From contig OZ024744.1 of assembly GCA_964016885.1 (NCBI GenBank), forward strand, positions 37,758,001 to 37,822,000: a DNA stretch of 64,000 bases. Reading direction: 5' to 3'. Below, piece by piece: positions 54,738 through 64,000 of this stretch. The notes beneath the pieces were generated by a model, which saw only the letters and a program-made list of their open reading frames with translations, had not been told where the DNA came from and ran no database searches. Position numbers and translations under genes: made by a program. The stretch's first letter is position 1; each line of letters opens with the position of its first letter. The stretch comes from Eledone cirrhosa (lineage: Eukaryota).

Positions 54738-54842
54738 TAATTAGTGATTTACCATTAACAGTAACAACGGCAATAACCACAATGACAAGAAAGCAAATTT
54801 AAACGGAAGGAAAATTGGAAGGAAGGAGGGGGAGGGAGGATG

Positions 54843-54844
<2 letters not shown>

Positions 54845-54874
<30 letters not shown>

Positions 54875-54892
54875 AAGAAGAAGAAGAAGAAG
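54845..54892. repeat. (AAG)16 microsatellite
   Basis: Direct reading. Confidence 0.97.
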
Positions 54893-55213
54893 AAAGAAAG
54901 AAACAAACAAAGAAAACAGTGGTTGTGTTGAGGAAATATAAGAATGCACATTGGTTAATCCGAGCCTGTTGGTCTGGCTCTCCAAAAGCACTTCTAAGAG
55001 AACCAAGGAAACCACTCAATAAGCAACACAATGGCATCAGTGTGGCTGAAACTGTATAATACTATAATGGAGGACAAAGTAAATTGCTTGAGGACAAAAA
55101 TAACTAGAAAACTACACGGCAAATGCGTCAATAAAACACTGATGTGCATGATTATTAATAGCTATTAGTTATTTTTAATAGTTATTATTATTAATATTAA
55201 TATCATTACTATT

Positions 55214-55238
55214 ATCATTATAGCTGTTAGTGTTGTTG

Positions 55239-55273
<35 letters not shown>
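55214..55273 (+). repeat. 60-bp direct repeat, copy 1 (candidate target site/TSD) ending in (GTT)4(ATT)10
   Basis: ATCATTATAGCTGTTAGT(GTT)4(ATT)10 is identical to 61301-61360; the upstream sequences differ. Confidence 0.95.
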
Positions 55274-55411
55274 GAATGCCATGGTTGACGGAGGCTCGGC
55301 TCTGTAAGGTATAGTAATTTTTAACCGTTAAAACAATTGTAAATTGTTTAAAACTTGAACCAAATTGTTGATAAAGACACCCTCCTCCTCGTGAGAGGGG
55401 TCTTTCTGTCC

Positions 55412-55439
55412 GTTATTTGGCCCTTCGGGGTTAAATAAC
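55412..55439 (+). promoter_or_regulatory. 12-bp stem with C(UUCG)G tetraloop in the 5' UTR (same at 61499-61526)
   Basis: GTTATTTGGCCC-TTCG-GGGTTAAATAAC; 10 Watson-Crick and 2 G-U pairs. Function unknown. Confidence 0.6.
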
Positions 55440-55489
55440 CAGTTATTGGGGTTTTGTACCCAAAATTTCATTTTAAACAAAAAAACAAC

Positions 55490-57583
55490 ATGGCTACGAA
55501 AAAGAAATTTCATACGTCACTCCCACTCATTCCGTCTTCTTCTTCCTCAATCATCACTACAGCAGAGAGAAGATTGTCTCTCCCCCTCCCTTCTTTAAAT
55601 GTGTCTCTCTCCCTCCCTGCTCTTTCGCAAGTGACGAAAGAAAAGAAAAGTCTCGTGCAAAGCGTGCAAGGTTTCTCCACGACGACGACAGCGACGAAAC
55701 AGGTGTGCGGGAAATACGAAAACCCAGTTCATTCGTCTGACGTCAGGAATAATAGCAGTAGCAGCCGTAATAACAACAGCAACAGTGACAATGAAAACAA
55801 CAGTAGCAGCCGCAACAGCATCACCAGCAACATAAACAACAACAGCATTAGCAGCAGCAACACCAACAACAACCACAGCAACAGCGGCGGAGGCAGTAGT
55901 CGTAGTACCTGCAGCAACAACAAAAGTACCAGCAGCTCTGACGACAACAACAACAGCAGAGAAAAACCAATCTCATTTGCAGGTATTGCGAAAAACTTGG
56001 AAACAATCCTCATAACAAATGAGGAATTAGAGGAAGCGAAGAAGATGGTGACAAAGAACGGACACCGAGCAATCTGCAAGGCAGCGGAAAAGTTTTTCGA
56101 GACCCAAGAGCACTGTACGGTCACGTACCGTACAGTAAGTACAAAATCCCGTAGGGTGGAAAGAGCCACAGAGGCCCAAATACAAAAAGCCTTGGGGTCT
56201 GTGTGGCAGCGGAAAACGCACATCACCCGAGGCAAAAAATATGCCACCGTAGACGTACTTTTTGCCACACCCCAGGAGGCAAAGGCCCAATCAGTAGTGA
56301 CCCTAAGGAGCGAGGAAATGGCGTTGGTGCCCTCCTACTGTGGGCAAAAAATTGTGAGGGTCAAACTGACCCACGTCCCCCCCGGAATGACCCCTTCTTG
56401 GCTGGCCGCGTCTGTCCTCGTCGGAATCGAGGACAAAACAACTGTACTGCAAGTACAGAAAAAAGTAAGAGAAGATTGGGTCGGCTCCTCCATTGAGATG
56501 CTAATCCAAACCAACCAGGAGTGCATCGAAGCTATCCCGGATGTGATAGACTTCGATAACGGCACTCAACTGCCCATAAGTGTTGAGGGCAAACGCCCGA
56601 AATGCTTTCGCTGTGGATCGAAGACTCACCTCAGGGCCTTCTGCAACGAGAAGACCCTGAGAAAGGAGAAAACCCCCCTCCTTCCGAATCCGGCTCCACG
56701 GCTACCAGCAACAGGACAAGCGGCAACCAGGAACGATAGGCCCGTGGCACCCATACCCACTCCACGGAAATCAAAAACAGCAGCAGCAGTGGAAATACTA
56801 ACAACAACAACAGCAATACCAAATGCAGCTGCAACAGAGACTCCAGTGCAAACATCACCAACAACAACAAGTGAAAGAGTGGAGTTAGTACCCCTCCCCG
56901 ACCTCACAGAATCAGACATGGAGTGTGAGGTGGGAGAGAGATGGCAAAAGGTCGTAAGAAGGCACAAACGCAGAAGCAGCGCATCGTCGCCTTTGAAAAG
57001 GGAGGAAAGAAATGAGAAAAGAGTAAAGTCTACTGCAAAGAGACCCACAGCAGCAACAACACCAACACCATCACCACCCACACTAGCGCCACCATCACCA
57101 CCGGCGACAACCCCACCGCCAACAACACCTTCAACACCACCACCACAAGCACCAACATCGCAAACACAACAACAAAACACACACACCCAGCAACAACGAC
57201 AAGAAAATAGCAGAACCACACCCCACCCCCAGAAAAACAAATGCACGGCAATAAATACACACAACAAGAAACTAATGACTTACATAATTGAACACACAGA
57301 CATTTCACAACAGGACTACATAATACCAGCACCAATCAAAACGCCAACTAACATAAGACTGCTAAAAATAGCACAGAAACAATACACAAATATTAAAACG
57401 AAATTCCCCAACGCAGTTGGTGATTTCAGGGACCTAGGAGGAACCATCAATCGAAGAGTATACTCAGACATTCTCTTAGAAGAGCCGACGACCAGCCGAA
57501 GGGACGATTCAACGGTCCCTTCACCAGACGATCAAGTGAAAAGGGATGTAAAAACCATCCCTCCTCTACCAAAAGTACGGTAA
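55490..57583 (+). CDS. Retrotransposon ORF1p (697 aa), gag-like nucleic-acid-binding protein with a zinc knuckle
   Basis: First ATG at 55490 (ACAACATGG context; the track starts at an upstream TTG). CFRCGSKTHLRAFC = C-x2-C-x4-H-x4-C. N/S-rich N-terminal and P/T/Q-rich C-terminal low-complexity tracts; basic RRHKRR patch. Confidence 0.93.
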   Translation: MATKKKFHTSLPLIPSSSSSIITTAERRLSLPLPSLNVSLSLPALSQVTKEKKSLVQSVQGFSTTTTATKQVCGKYENPVHSSDVRNNSSSSRNNNSNSDNENNSSSRNSITSNINNNSISSSNTNNNHSNSGGGSSRSTCSNNKSTSSSDDNNNSREKPISFAGIAKNLETILITNEELEEAKKMVTKNGHRAICKAAEKFFETQEHCTVTYRTVSTKSRRVERATEAQIQKALGSVWQRKTHITRGKKYATVDVLFATPQEAKAQSVVTLRSEEMALVPSYCGQKIVRVKLTHVPPGMTPSWLAASVLVGIEDKTTVLQVQKKVREDWVGSSIEMLIQTNQECIEAIPDVIDFDNGTQLPISVEGKRPKCFRCGSKTHLRAFCNEKTLRKEKTPLLPNPAPRLPATGQAATRNDRPVAPIPTPRKSKTAAAVEILTTTTAIPNAAATETPVQTSPTTTSERVELVPLPDLTESDMECEVGERWQKVVRRHKRRSSASSPLKREERNEKRVKSTAKRPTAATTPTPSPPTLAPPSPPATTPPPTTPSTPPPQAPTSQTQQQNTHTQQQRQENSRTTPHPQKNKCTAINTHNKKLMTYIIEHTDISQQDYIIPAPIKTPTNIRLLKIAQKQYTNIKTKFPNAVGDFRDLGGTINRRVYSDILLEEPTTSRRDDSTVPSPDDQVKRDVKTIPPLPKVR

Positions 57584-57618
57584 GTGGTCTTTCCCATCTT
57601 TTCCACTCTATTTTAAAC

Positions 57619-60600
57619 ATGACCTCACTCAGAATAGGCAGCATAAATGCGCGTGGCTTGGGGTCGTCATGGAAGCAGGGTCACCTGCTCAACGACCTCA
57701 GGTCACTAAACATAGATGTAGTGGCCATCAGCGAGACCAGAATCTCCGAAGCACGGGCCTTCGCACCGATCTTCGGCGGCTACGATGTGTACGCATCTCC
57801 CAGCCGTCCTGGATCCGGTGGAGGAGTTGCTGTACTTTTTCGGAGAGGTTTGGATCTCGCCATACGGGCCATCTTCCTGGACCCAGAGGGTAAGCTGGTG
57901 GTGCTGGACGTGACCAGCGGAGACGGGCAAGCTTTCAGGCTAGTGGCCGTCTATGCCCCGACAGGAGCAGGGCGGCCTGATTTCTTCCGGCGTCTGGAGA
58001 CCTTTCTTGGAACGTCGCGCTCTTTAGTGTTAGTGGGCGACTGGAACGGGATCTTAGATGCACGCTGGGACTGTGTGGGATTAGCGGATAGAGGTGGAGG
58101 GTGCAAGAGCCTCACCAACCTGCTCAGGCGTTTTGAACTGTCTGACAGGTACCGATTGGATTTCCCGAATGTGCCAATGTGGACTTGGACAAACCGCATA
58201 GGGTCATCCAGATCATATCTAGATAGAGTATTTTGTAGGGAAATAGATAGGTCTAGCATAGGCTGTCCACAATTCAAGATAGTCAGCTACACGGACCACA
58301 AATTCGTGATCTGTGTGCTTGACTTAGATAGGCTTCATAGACGAGGACCCGGCTACTGGAAGCTAAACGCGTCCTTACCAGCGCGCAAGGCCTACAGAGA
58401 CCGGATTAGCGAACTAGTTAAGCGGGCGTTGACGGGGGCCATCGTCAACAACAAGTGGTGGTTTGCTCTGAAAAGAGCGATTAGAATAGAATCGATTAGG
58501 TTTAGTAAGGCTTTAGCAATAGAGAAAAATAGAGCAGAGGGAGAACTAGTTAGAAAATTAGACGAGGCGCTTAGCAAAGGCATTGCGACCGACGTGCTTG
58601 CGGCGAAATTGGCCCTTGACCAATTCTTCAATGCAAAGCACGAAGGCTGCGTTGTCAGAGCTAGGGTGCGTGCTCTCAGACACGAGGGGACGAAAGCCGT
58701 TCAATGGGCCTGAGTGGCGGAGGCGCGTCGTGGCAACAAAGCCACGATCCGGTCTTTGGTGGACCACGACGGGCGCATGCTACTCGATCCCGGGCAAATG
58801 TGTGAAGCTTTTCAGCGACACTTCGCTCAGCTGTTCGGGGGCAGCGGTGGGCCGGGTAGAGGGATGGACTTTAGTGTCTACCTCGACGGACTGCCGCGGC
58901 TCTCGGCCACTGAGGCGAAGTGTTGCGAAAAGCCGATAACAGCCGCTGAAGTAAGGGAGGCAATGACTGGCTGCACAAGGGGTAAATCGCCTGGTTTGGA
59001 TGGTCTGCCCTATGAACTTTACGTACAGATGCCAGACTTGTTCGGAGGCCTCTTGGCGGACGTCTACTGCAACTGGCAACAGAACGGGAGAATTCCCAGT
59101 TCTGTGAGCCGAGGAGCGGTGGCACTGCTGAGAAAGGATCCGAACAAGGGGGATAACATAGACAATTTCCGGCCCATAACTCTGCTAAACACAGAGTTTA
59201 AGATTTTGGCCAAGGTGCTAGCAAAGAGGTTGGCGCTTGTCGTTGATGGTCTGGTGGGAGAGGCGCAGACATGCGCCATTCCCGACAGATCCATCCACGA
59301 CAACCTCCACCTCATGCGATACATCGTAGAGAGGGTAGCTAGGGAACCTGGCACAGGTGGGTCCTTGATCAATTTAGATCAGTCGAAAGCTTTCGATAGG
59401 GTCGACCATCGTTACCTAGCGGCAGTCCTGAGGGCGGCTGGCTTTGGGCCCGTCTTCAGAGGCTGGATCGCTGCCATGCACAGCGACATCTGCTCTGTGG
59501 TGAGAGTGAACGGTCACCTGTCGGAACCGTTCAACATCATGCGCTCGGTCCGCCAAGGATGTCCCCTCTCGTCCCTCTTGTACGTATTGACTCTCGAGCC
59601 ATTACTGCACAAACTGGAGACGTTGAGGGGAGTCCCGCGCGAACTAGGATGCGGAAGATCCGTGTCAGCATATGCGGACGATGTCACCGTAGTGGTGTCG
59701 AACGCCAAACACATCGAGGCGATCGGCACTACACTAAGAGAATACGAAGCGGTGACAGGAGCAATGATCAACCAGGAAAAGTCAGTGGGCCTGCAGCTCG
59801 GCACCTGGAGAGGCAGGTCCATGCCGTCCAACAGCGTCGTCGGGCGCTGGACGGACGGACCGGTTAAATTGCTAGGGGTCTGGTTCGGTCCGGACCTCCA
59901 GACGGACAAAAACTGGGACGAGGTGACGAGCAGGGTGGCTTCTCTCACCCAGAAATGGGCGGAGAGGAAGCTATCCCTGAAAGGTCGAGCGGAGGTGGCT
60001 AACGCGTACATCGCGTCTGTCATCTGCTACCGCCTAACCGTCGTACCTTGTCCTAAGCCTCGCCTGACTGCGCTGGAGCGTTTGCTCTTTCGCTTTTTGT
60101 GGAAGGGACGTGCTCCGATGGTCAGGCGGTCCATCTGTTGTCAACACCCGCTACGTGGAGGGCTGGGCATGCCGTGGCTGATGATGCGCAGGCACGCGCT
60201 CAGGCTACGACATCTCCACCTCTTCCTCGACGGTGATCAGGTGTGGTCGCCGTTTGCTAGACGCGTTTTTCCCCAGCTCGTTTCCTTGACGGAGCTGCAG
60301 TCCTGGGTCAAGCGAAGACCGAGAGGGAGCGCCTGGAGACTGGAATGTCTTCAGGCGCTCACAGCCCTCGACCAATCGGGCAATGTGATCGGTGGAAACT
60401 CCACCTCGGCGTTCTATAGAGGATTAGTGGAGGGGAAGAGCGACGACGTACTTGGGGAAACTCTAGGCGTCGACGAAAATCAACTAGCCAATCTCTTCGG
60501 AAGAACTTTCGGGCCAGGGCCTATGGACAACTTCCAGAAATCTCTGGCCTGGCAGTGCTACCGAGGAGCCTTGCCAGTTCGGGATAAACTCTACAGGCAT

Positions 60601-61038
60601 GGAGGTGCCGTCAGCAGGGCATGTCCGAGATGCGCGCAGGGCGACGAAACCGTCCTGCACGCACTCGTCCAGTGTCCGAAAATTGCTGACTTGTGGGTTT
60701 ATGTCGAACACCTGCTGTCGCGTTTAGGACGGATCCGGCTATCATCTGAGTCCATCGTGAGGATTGCCCCGCCCTCCTCCTTTAGCCGGGAAGGGCAGGC
60801 AGTTTTTATCTGCCTGGTGGCCATGGCGAAAGAGATAGTATGGTGGACACGTTTGAAAGGGCTGAAGACGAGCACTTACCTCTTCGGTGATGCTCTGATT
60901 GACTTTTTCAAATTTCATTTGAAAAGGAAAATCAGAGTAGAGAAGGAAGTGCTCTCTTCCCAGCATTTTGTTGAAAGATGGGTGAGAGAAGCAAGAATGG
61001 CCCGAGTGAATGGGCCGACTCTGAGTATATATCTGTAA
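57619..61038 (+). pseudogene. ORF2p (AP endonuclease, reverse transcriptase, C-terminal CCHC), 1,139 codons interrupted by one in-frame TGA at 58711-58713
   Basis: Track ORFs 57619-58713 and 58714-61038 are in the same frame. APE motifs GSINARG, SETR, VYAP, GDWN, YLDR, TDH; RT motifs KSPGLDGLP, FRPITLLN, DQSKAFDRV, RQGCPLS, YADD; CPRCAQGDETVLHALVQC zinc finger. Confidence 0.93.
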
Positions 61039-61288
61039 ACTAAAGGTGGAAAACTGGGAGAGGGCACTTGCCTTGGTGGTCAGGGTCATTGTGGCTTTTT
61101 ACTGGGCTTTCTCCACAAATGTCCCTCCGAAGTCTCCCCCCTATTGGGGAATTTTTCATTGTTATTTTCATTGTTATTTTTGTTACATCCTCTGTTTTTG
61201 TTTTTTTACACGCAGAAATGCCCATTTGTACCGTCCTGCATTGTCCTGCACTGTCCTTAATGTCTACTTTATGTAAACCCTTGTGGTT

Positions 61289-61294
61289 AATAAA
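61289..61294 (+). terminator. Polyadenylation signal AATAAA at the element 3' end
   Basis: GGTTAATAAAGAAATC lies immediately before the junction; the equivalent position in the old copy reads AACAAAGAAATC. Confidence 0.55.
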
Positions 61295-61300
61295 GAAATC

Positions 61301-61325
61301 ATCATTATAGCTGTTAGTGTTGTTG

Positions 61326-61360
<35 letters not shown>
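61301..61360 (+). repeat. 60-bp direct repeat, copy 2, at the junction between the tandem elements
   Basis: Identical to 55214-55273. Confidence 0.95.
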
Positions 61361-61576
61361 GAATGCCATGGTTGACGGAGGCTCGGCTCTGTAAGGTATA
61401 GTAATTTTTAACCGTTAAAACAATTGTAAATTGTTTAAAACTTGAACCAAATTGTTGATAAAGACACCCTCCTCCTCGTGAGAGGGGTCTTTCTGTCCGT
61501 TATTTGGCCCTTCGGGGTTAAATAACCAGTTATTGGGGTTTTGTACCCAAAATTTCATTTTAAACAAAAAAACAAC

Positions 61577-63673
61577 ATGGCTACGAAAAAGAAATTTCAT
61601 ACGTCACTCCCACTCATTCCGTCTTCTTCTTCCTCAATCATCACTACAGCAGAGAGAAGATTGTCTCTCCCCCTCCCTTCTTTAAATGTGTCTCTCTCCC
61701 TCCCTGCTCTTTCGCAAGTGACGAAAGAAAAGAAAAGTCTCGTGCAAAGCGTGCAAGGTTTCTCCACGACGACGACGACAGCGACGAAACAGGTGTGCGG
61801 GAAATACGAAAACCCAGTTCATTCGTCTGACGTCAGGAATAATAGCAGTAGCAGCCGTAATAACAACTGCAACAGTGACAATGAAAACAACAGTAGCAGC
61901 CGCAACAGCATCACCAGCAGCATAAACAACAACAGCATTAGCAGCAGCAACACCAACAACAACCACAGCAACAGCGGCGGAGGCAGTAGTCGTAGTACCT
62001 GCAGCAACAACAAAAGTACCAGCAGCTCTGACGACAACAACAACAGCAGAGAAAAACCAATCTCATTTGCAGGTATTGCGAAAAACTTGGAAACAATCCT
62101 CATAACAAATGAGGAATTAGAGGAAGCGAAGAAGATGGTGACAAAGAACGGACACCGAGCAATCTGCAAGGCAGCGGAAAAATTTTTCAAAACCCAAGAG
62201 CACTGTACGGTCACGTACCGTACAGTAAGTACAAAATCCCGTAGGGTGGAAAGAGCCACAGAGGCCCAAATACAAAAAGCCTTGGGGTCTGTGTGGCAGC
62301 GGAAAACGCACATCACCCGAGGCAAAAAATATGCCACCGTAGACGTACTTTTTGCCACACCCCAGGAGGCAAAGGCCCAATCAGTAGTGACCCTAAGGAG
62401 CGAGGAAATGGTGTTGGTGCCCTCCTACTGCGGGCAAAAAATTGTGAGGGTCAAACTGACCCACGTCCCCCCCGGAATGACCCCTTCTTGGCTGGCCGCG
62501 TCTGTCCTAATCGGAATCGAGGACAAAACAACTGTACTGCAAGTACAGAAAAAAGTAAGAGAAGATTGGGTCGGCTCCTCCATTGAGATGCTAATCCAAA
62601 CCAACCAGGAGTGCATCGAAGCTATCCCGGATGTGATAGACTTCGATAACGGCACTCAACTGCCCATAAGTGTTGAGGGCAAACGCCCGAAATGCTTTCG
62701 CTGTGGATCGAAGACTCACCTCAGGGCCTTCTGCAACGAGAAGACCCTGAGAAAGGAGAAAACCCCCCTCCTTCCGAATCCGGCTCCACGGCTACCAGCA
62801 ACAGGACAAGCGGCAACCAGGAACGATAGGTCCGTGGCACCCATACCCACGCCACGGAAATCAAAAACAGCAGCAGCAGTGGAAATATTAACAACAACAA
62901 CAGCAATACCAAATGCAGCTGCAACAGAGACTCCAGTGCAAACATCACCAACAACAACAAGTGAAAGAGTGGAGCTGGTACCCCTCCCCGACCTCACAGA
63001 ATCAGACATGGAGTGTGAGGTGGGAGAGGGATGGCAAAAGGTCGCAAGAAGGCACAAACGCAGAAGCAGCGCATCGTCGCCTTTGAAAAGGGAGGAAAGA
63101 AATGAGAAAAGGGTAAAGTCTACTGCAAAGAGACCCACAGCAGCAACAACACCAACACCATCACCACCCACACTAGCACCACCATCACCACCGGCGACAA
63201 CCCCACCGCCAACAACACCTTCAACACCACCACCACAAGCACCAACATCGCAAACACAACAACAAAACACACACACCCAGCAACAACGACAAGAAAATAG
63301 CAGAACCACACCCCACCCCCAGAAAAACAAATGCACGGCAATAAATACACACAACAAGAAACTAATGACTTACATAATTGAACACACAGACATTTCACAA
63401 CAGGACTACATAATACCAGCACCAATCAAAACGCCAACTAACATAAGACTGCTAAAAATAGCACAGAAACAATACACAAACATTAAAACGAAATTCCCCA
63501 ACGCAGTTGGTGATTTCAGGGACCTAGGAGGAACCATTAATCGAAGAGTATATTCAGACATTCTCTTAGAAGAGCCGACGACCAGCCGAAGGGACGATTC
63601 AACGGTCCCTTCACCAGACGATCAAGTGAAAAGGGATGTAAAAACCATCCCTCCTCTACCAAAAGTACGGTAA
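61577..63673 (+). CDS. ORF1p of copy 2 (698 aa)
   Basis: Intact; differs from copy 1 by one extra Thr codon and 8 amino-acid substitutions. Confidence 0.93.
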   Translation: MATKKKFHTSLPLIPSSSSSIITTAERRLSLPLPSLNVSLSLPALSQVTKEKKSLVQSVQGFSTTTTTATKQVCGKYENPVHSSDVRNNSSSSRNNNCNSDNENNSSSRNSITSSINNNSISSSNTNNNHSNSGGGSSRSTCSNNKSTSSSDDNNNSREKPISFAGIAKNLETILITNEELEEAKKMVTKNGHRAICKAAEKFFKTQEHCTVTYRTVSTKSRRVERATEAQIQKALGSVWQRKTHITRGKKYATVDVLFATPQEAKAQSVVTLRSEEMVLVPSYCGQKIVRVKLTHVPPGMTPSWLAASVLIGIEDKTTVLQVQKKVREDWVGSSIEMLIQTNQECIEAIPDVIDFDNGTQLPISVEGKRPKCFRCGSKTHLRAFCNEKTLRKEKTPLLPNPAPRLPATGQAATRNDRSVAPIPTPRKSKTAAAVEILTTTTAIPNAAATETPVQTSPTTTSERVELVPLPDLTESDMECEVGEGWQKVARRHKRRSSASSPLKREERNEKRVKSTAKRPTAATTPTPSPPTLAPPSPPATTPPPTTPSTPPPQAPTSQTQQQNTHTQQQRQENSRTTPHPQKNKCTAINTHNKKLMTYIIEHTDISQQDYIIPAPIKTPTNIRLLKIAQKQYTNIKTKFPNAVGDFRDLGGTINRRVYSDILLEEPTTSRRDDSTVPSPDDQVKRDVKTIPPLPKVR

Positions 63674-63708
63674 GTGGTCTTTCCCATCTTTTCCACTCTA
63701 TTTTAAAC

Positions 63709-64000
63709 ATGACCTCACTCAGAATAGGCAGCATAAATGCGCGTGGCTTGGGGTCGTCATGGAAGCAGGGTCACCTGCTCAACGACCTCAGGTCACTAAA
63801 CATAGATGTAGTGGCCATCAGCGAGACCAGAATCTCCGAAGCACGGGCCTTCGCACCGATCTTCGGCGGCTACGATGTGTACGCATCTCCCAGCCGTCCT
63901 GGATCGGGTGGAGGAGTTGCTGTGCTTTTTCGGAGAGGTTTGGATCTCGCCATACGGGCCTTCTTCCTGGACCCAGAGGGTAAGCTGGTGGTGCTGGACG
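63709..64000 (+). CDS. ORF2p of copy 2, N-terminal AP endonuclease part (incomplete at the window edge)
   Basis: ATGACCTCACTCAGAATAGGC..., open to the end of the window and colinear with 57619-57910. Confidence 0.9.
   Translation, partial: MTSLRIGSINARGLGSSWKQGHLLNDLRSLNIDVVAISETRISEARAFAPIFGGYDVYASPSRPGSGGGVAVLFRRGLDLAIRAFFLDPEGKLVVLD

Larger units (their letters stand above)
55274..61300 (+). mobile_element. Full-length young L1-clade (Tx1-like) non-LTR retrotransposon, tandem copy 1
   Basis: 216-bp 5' UTR, ORF1 with a CCHC knuckle, 35-nt spacer, ORF2 APE-RT-CCHC, 3' UTR with AATAAA. The next copy starts 6,087 bp later. Confidence 0.97.
61361..64000 (+). mobile_element. Tx1-like retrotransposon, tandem copy 2 (runs off the window end)
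   Basis: About 99% identical to 55274-57910; same 5' start GAATGCCATGG. Confidence 0.97.

Noticed and set aside
54741-55037. Poly-Ser and poly-Leu minus-strand ORFs
   Set aside because: Translations of the (AAG)16 microsatellite.
55370-55450. HDV-like ribozyme in the Tx1 5' UTR (CTCCTCGT resembles the L3 loop, followed by a P4-like hairpin)
   Set aside because: No room for P2 between the would-be P1 and P3, no P1.1 GG and no convincing J4/2-P2 3' strand; it folds as simple hairpins.
55595-57335. Antisense and alternate-frame ORFs over ORF1 (e.g. 179 aa and 213 aa; same in copy 2)
   Set aside because: Poly-L/V/G translations of low-complexity codon repeats; shadow ORFs without domain motifs.
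58714-61038. Separate 774-aa RT gene starting at GTG
   Set aside because: It is the in-frame continuation of the endonuclease ORF past one TGA; the old relative has an Arg codon there.

Overview
Eukaryotic, gene-free, repeat-dominated window, probably cephalopod/octopus. That assignment is inferred only from a tRNA-derived SINE resembling abundant octopus SINEs and is not confirmed. Bases 1-~47,666 are an uninterrupted array of a 41-bp (sometimes 40-bp) AT-rich satellite, roughly 1,150-1,170 monomers, built from nested block duplications of about 0.5-12 kb. The array ends abruptly and is followed by a transposon-rich flank: a 119-bp direct repeat, palindromes, three SINE copies (one with a 17-bp TSD), a 5'-truncated Penelope-like element (GIY-YIG, Naiad-like) with a minimal hammerhead ribozyme between two (TA)n tracts, a 214-bp foldback element, and an old degenerate L1/Tx1 ORF2 copy. 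The window ends with two young head-to-tail L1/Tx1-clade retrotransposons (period 6,087 bp), each preceded by the same 60-bp sequence ending in (ATT)10. The main leads are: (i) differences between the tandem copies are mostly synonymous, suggesting repeated site-specific insertion; (ii) a candidate 53-nt GT-AG intron spans the ORF1 stop and ORF2 start and would fuse the two ORFs in frame. No host protein-coding gene, tRNA, rRNA or CRISPR array is supported.
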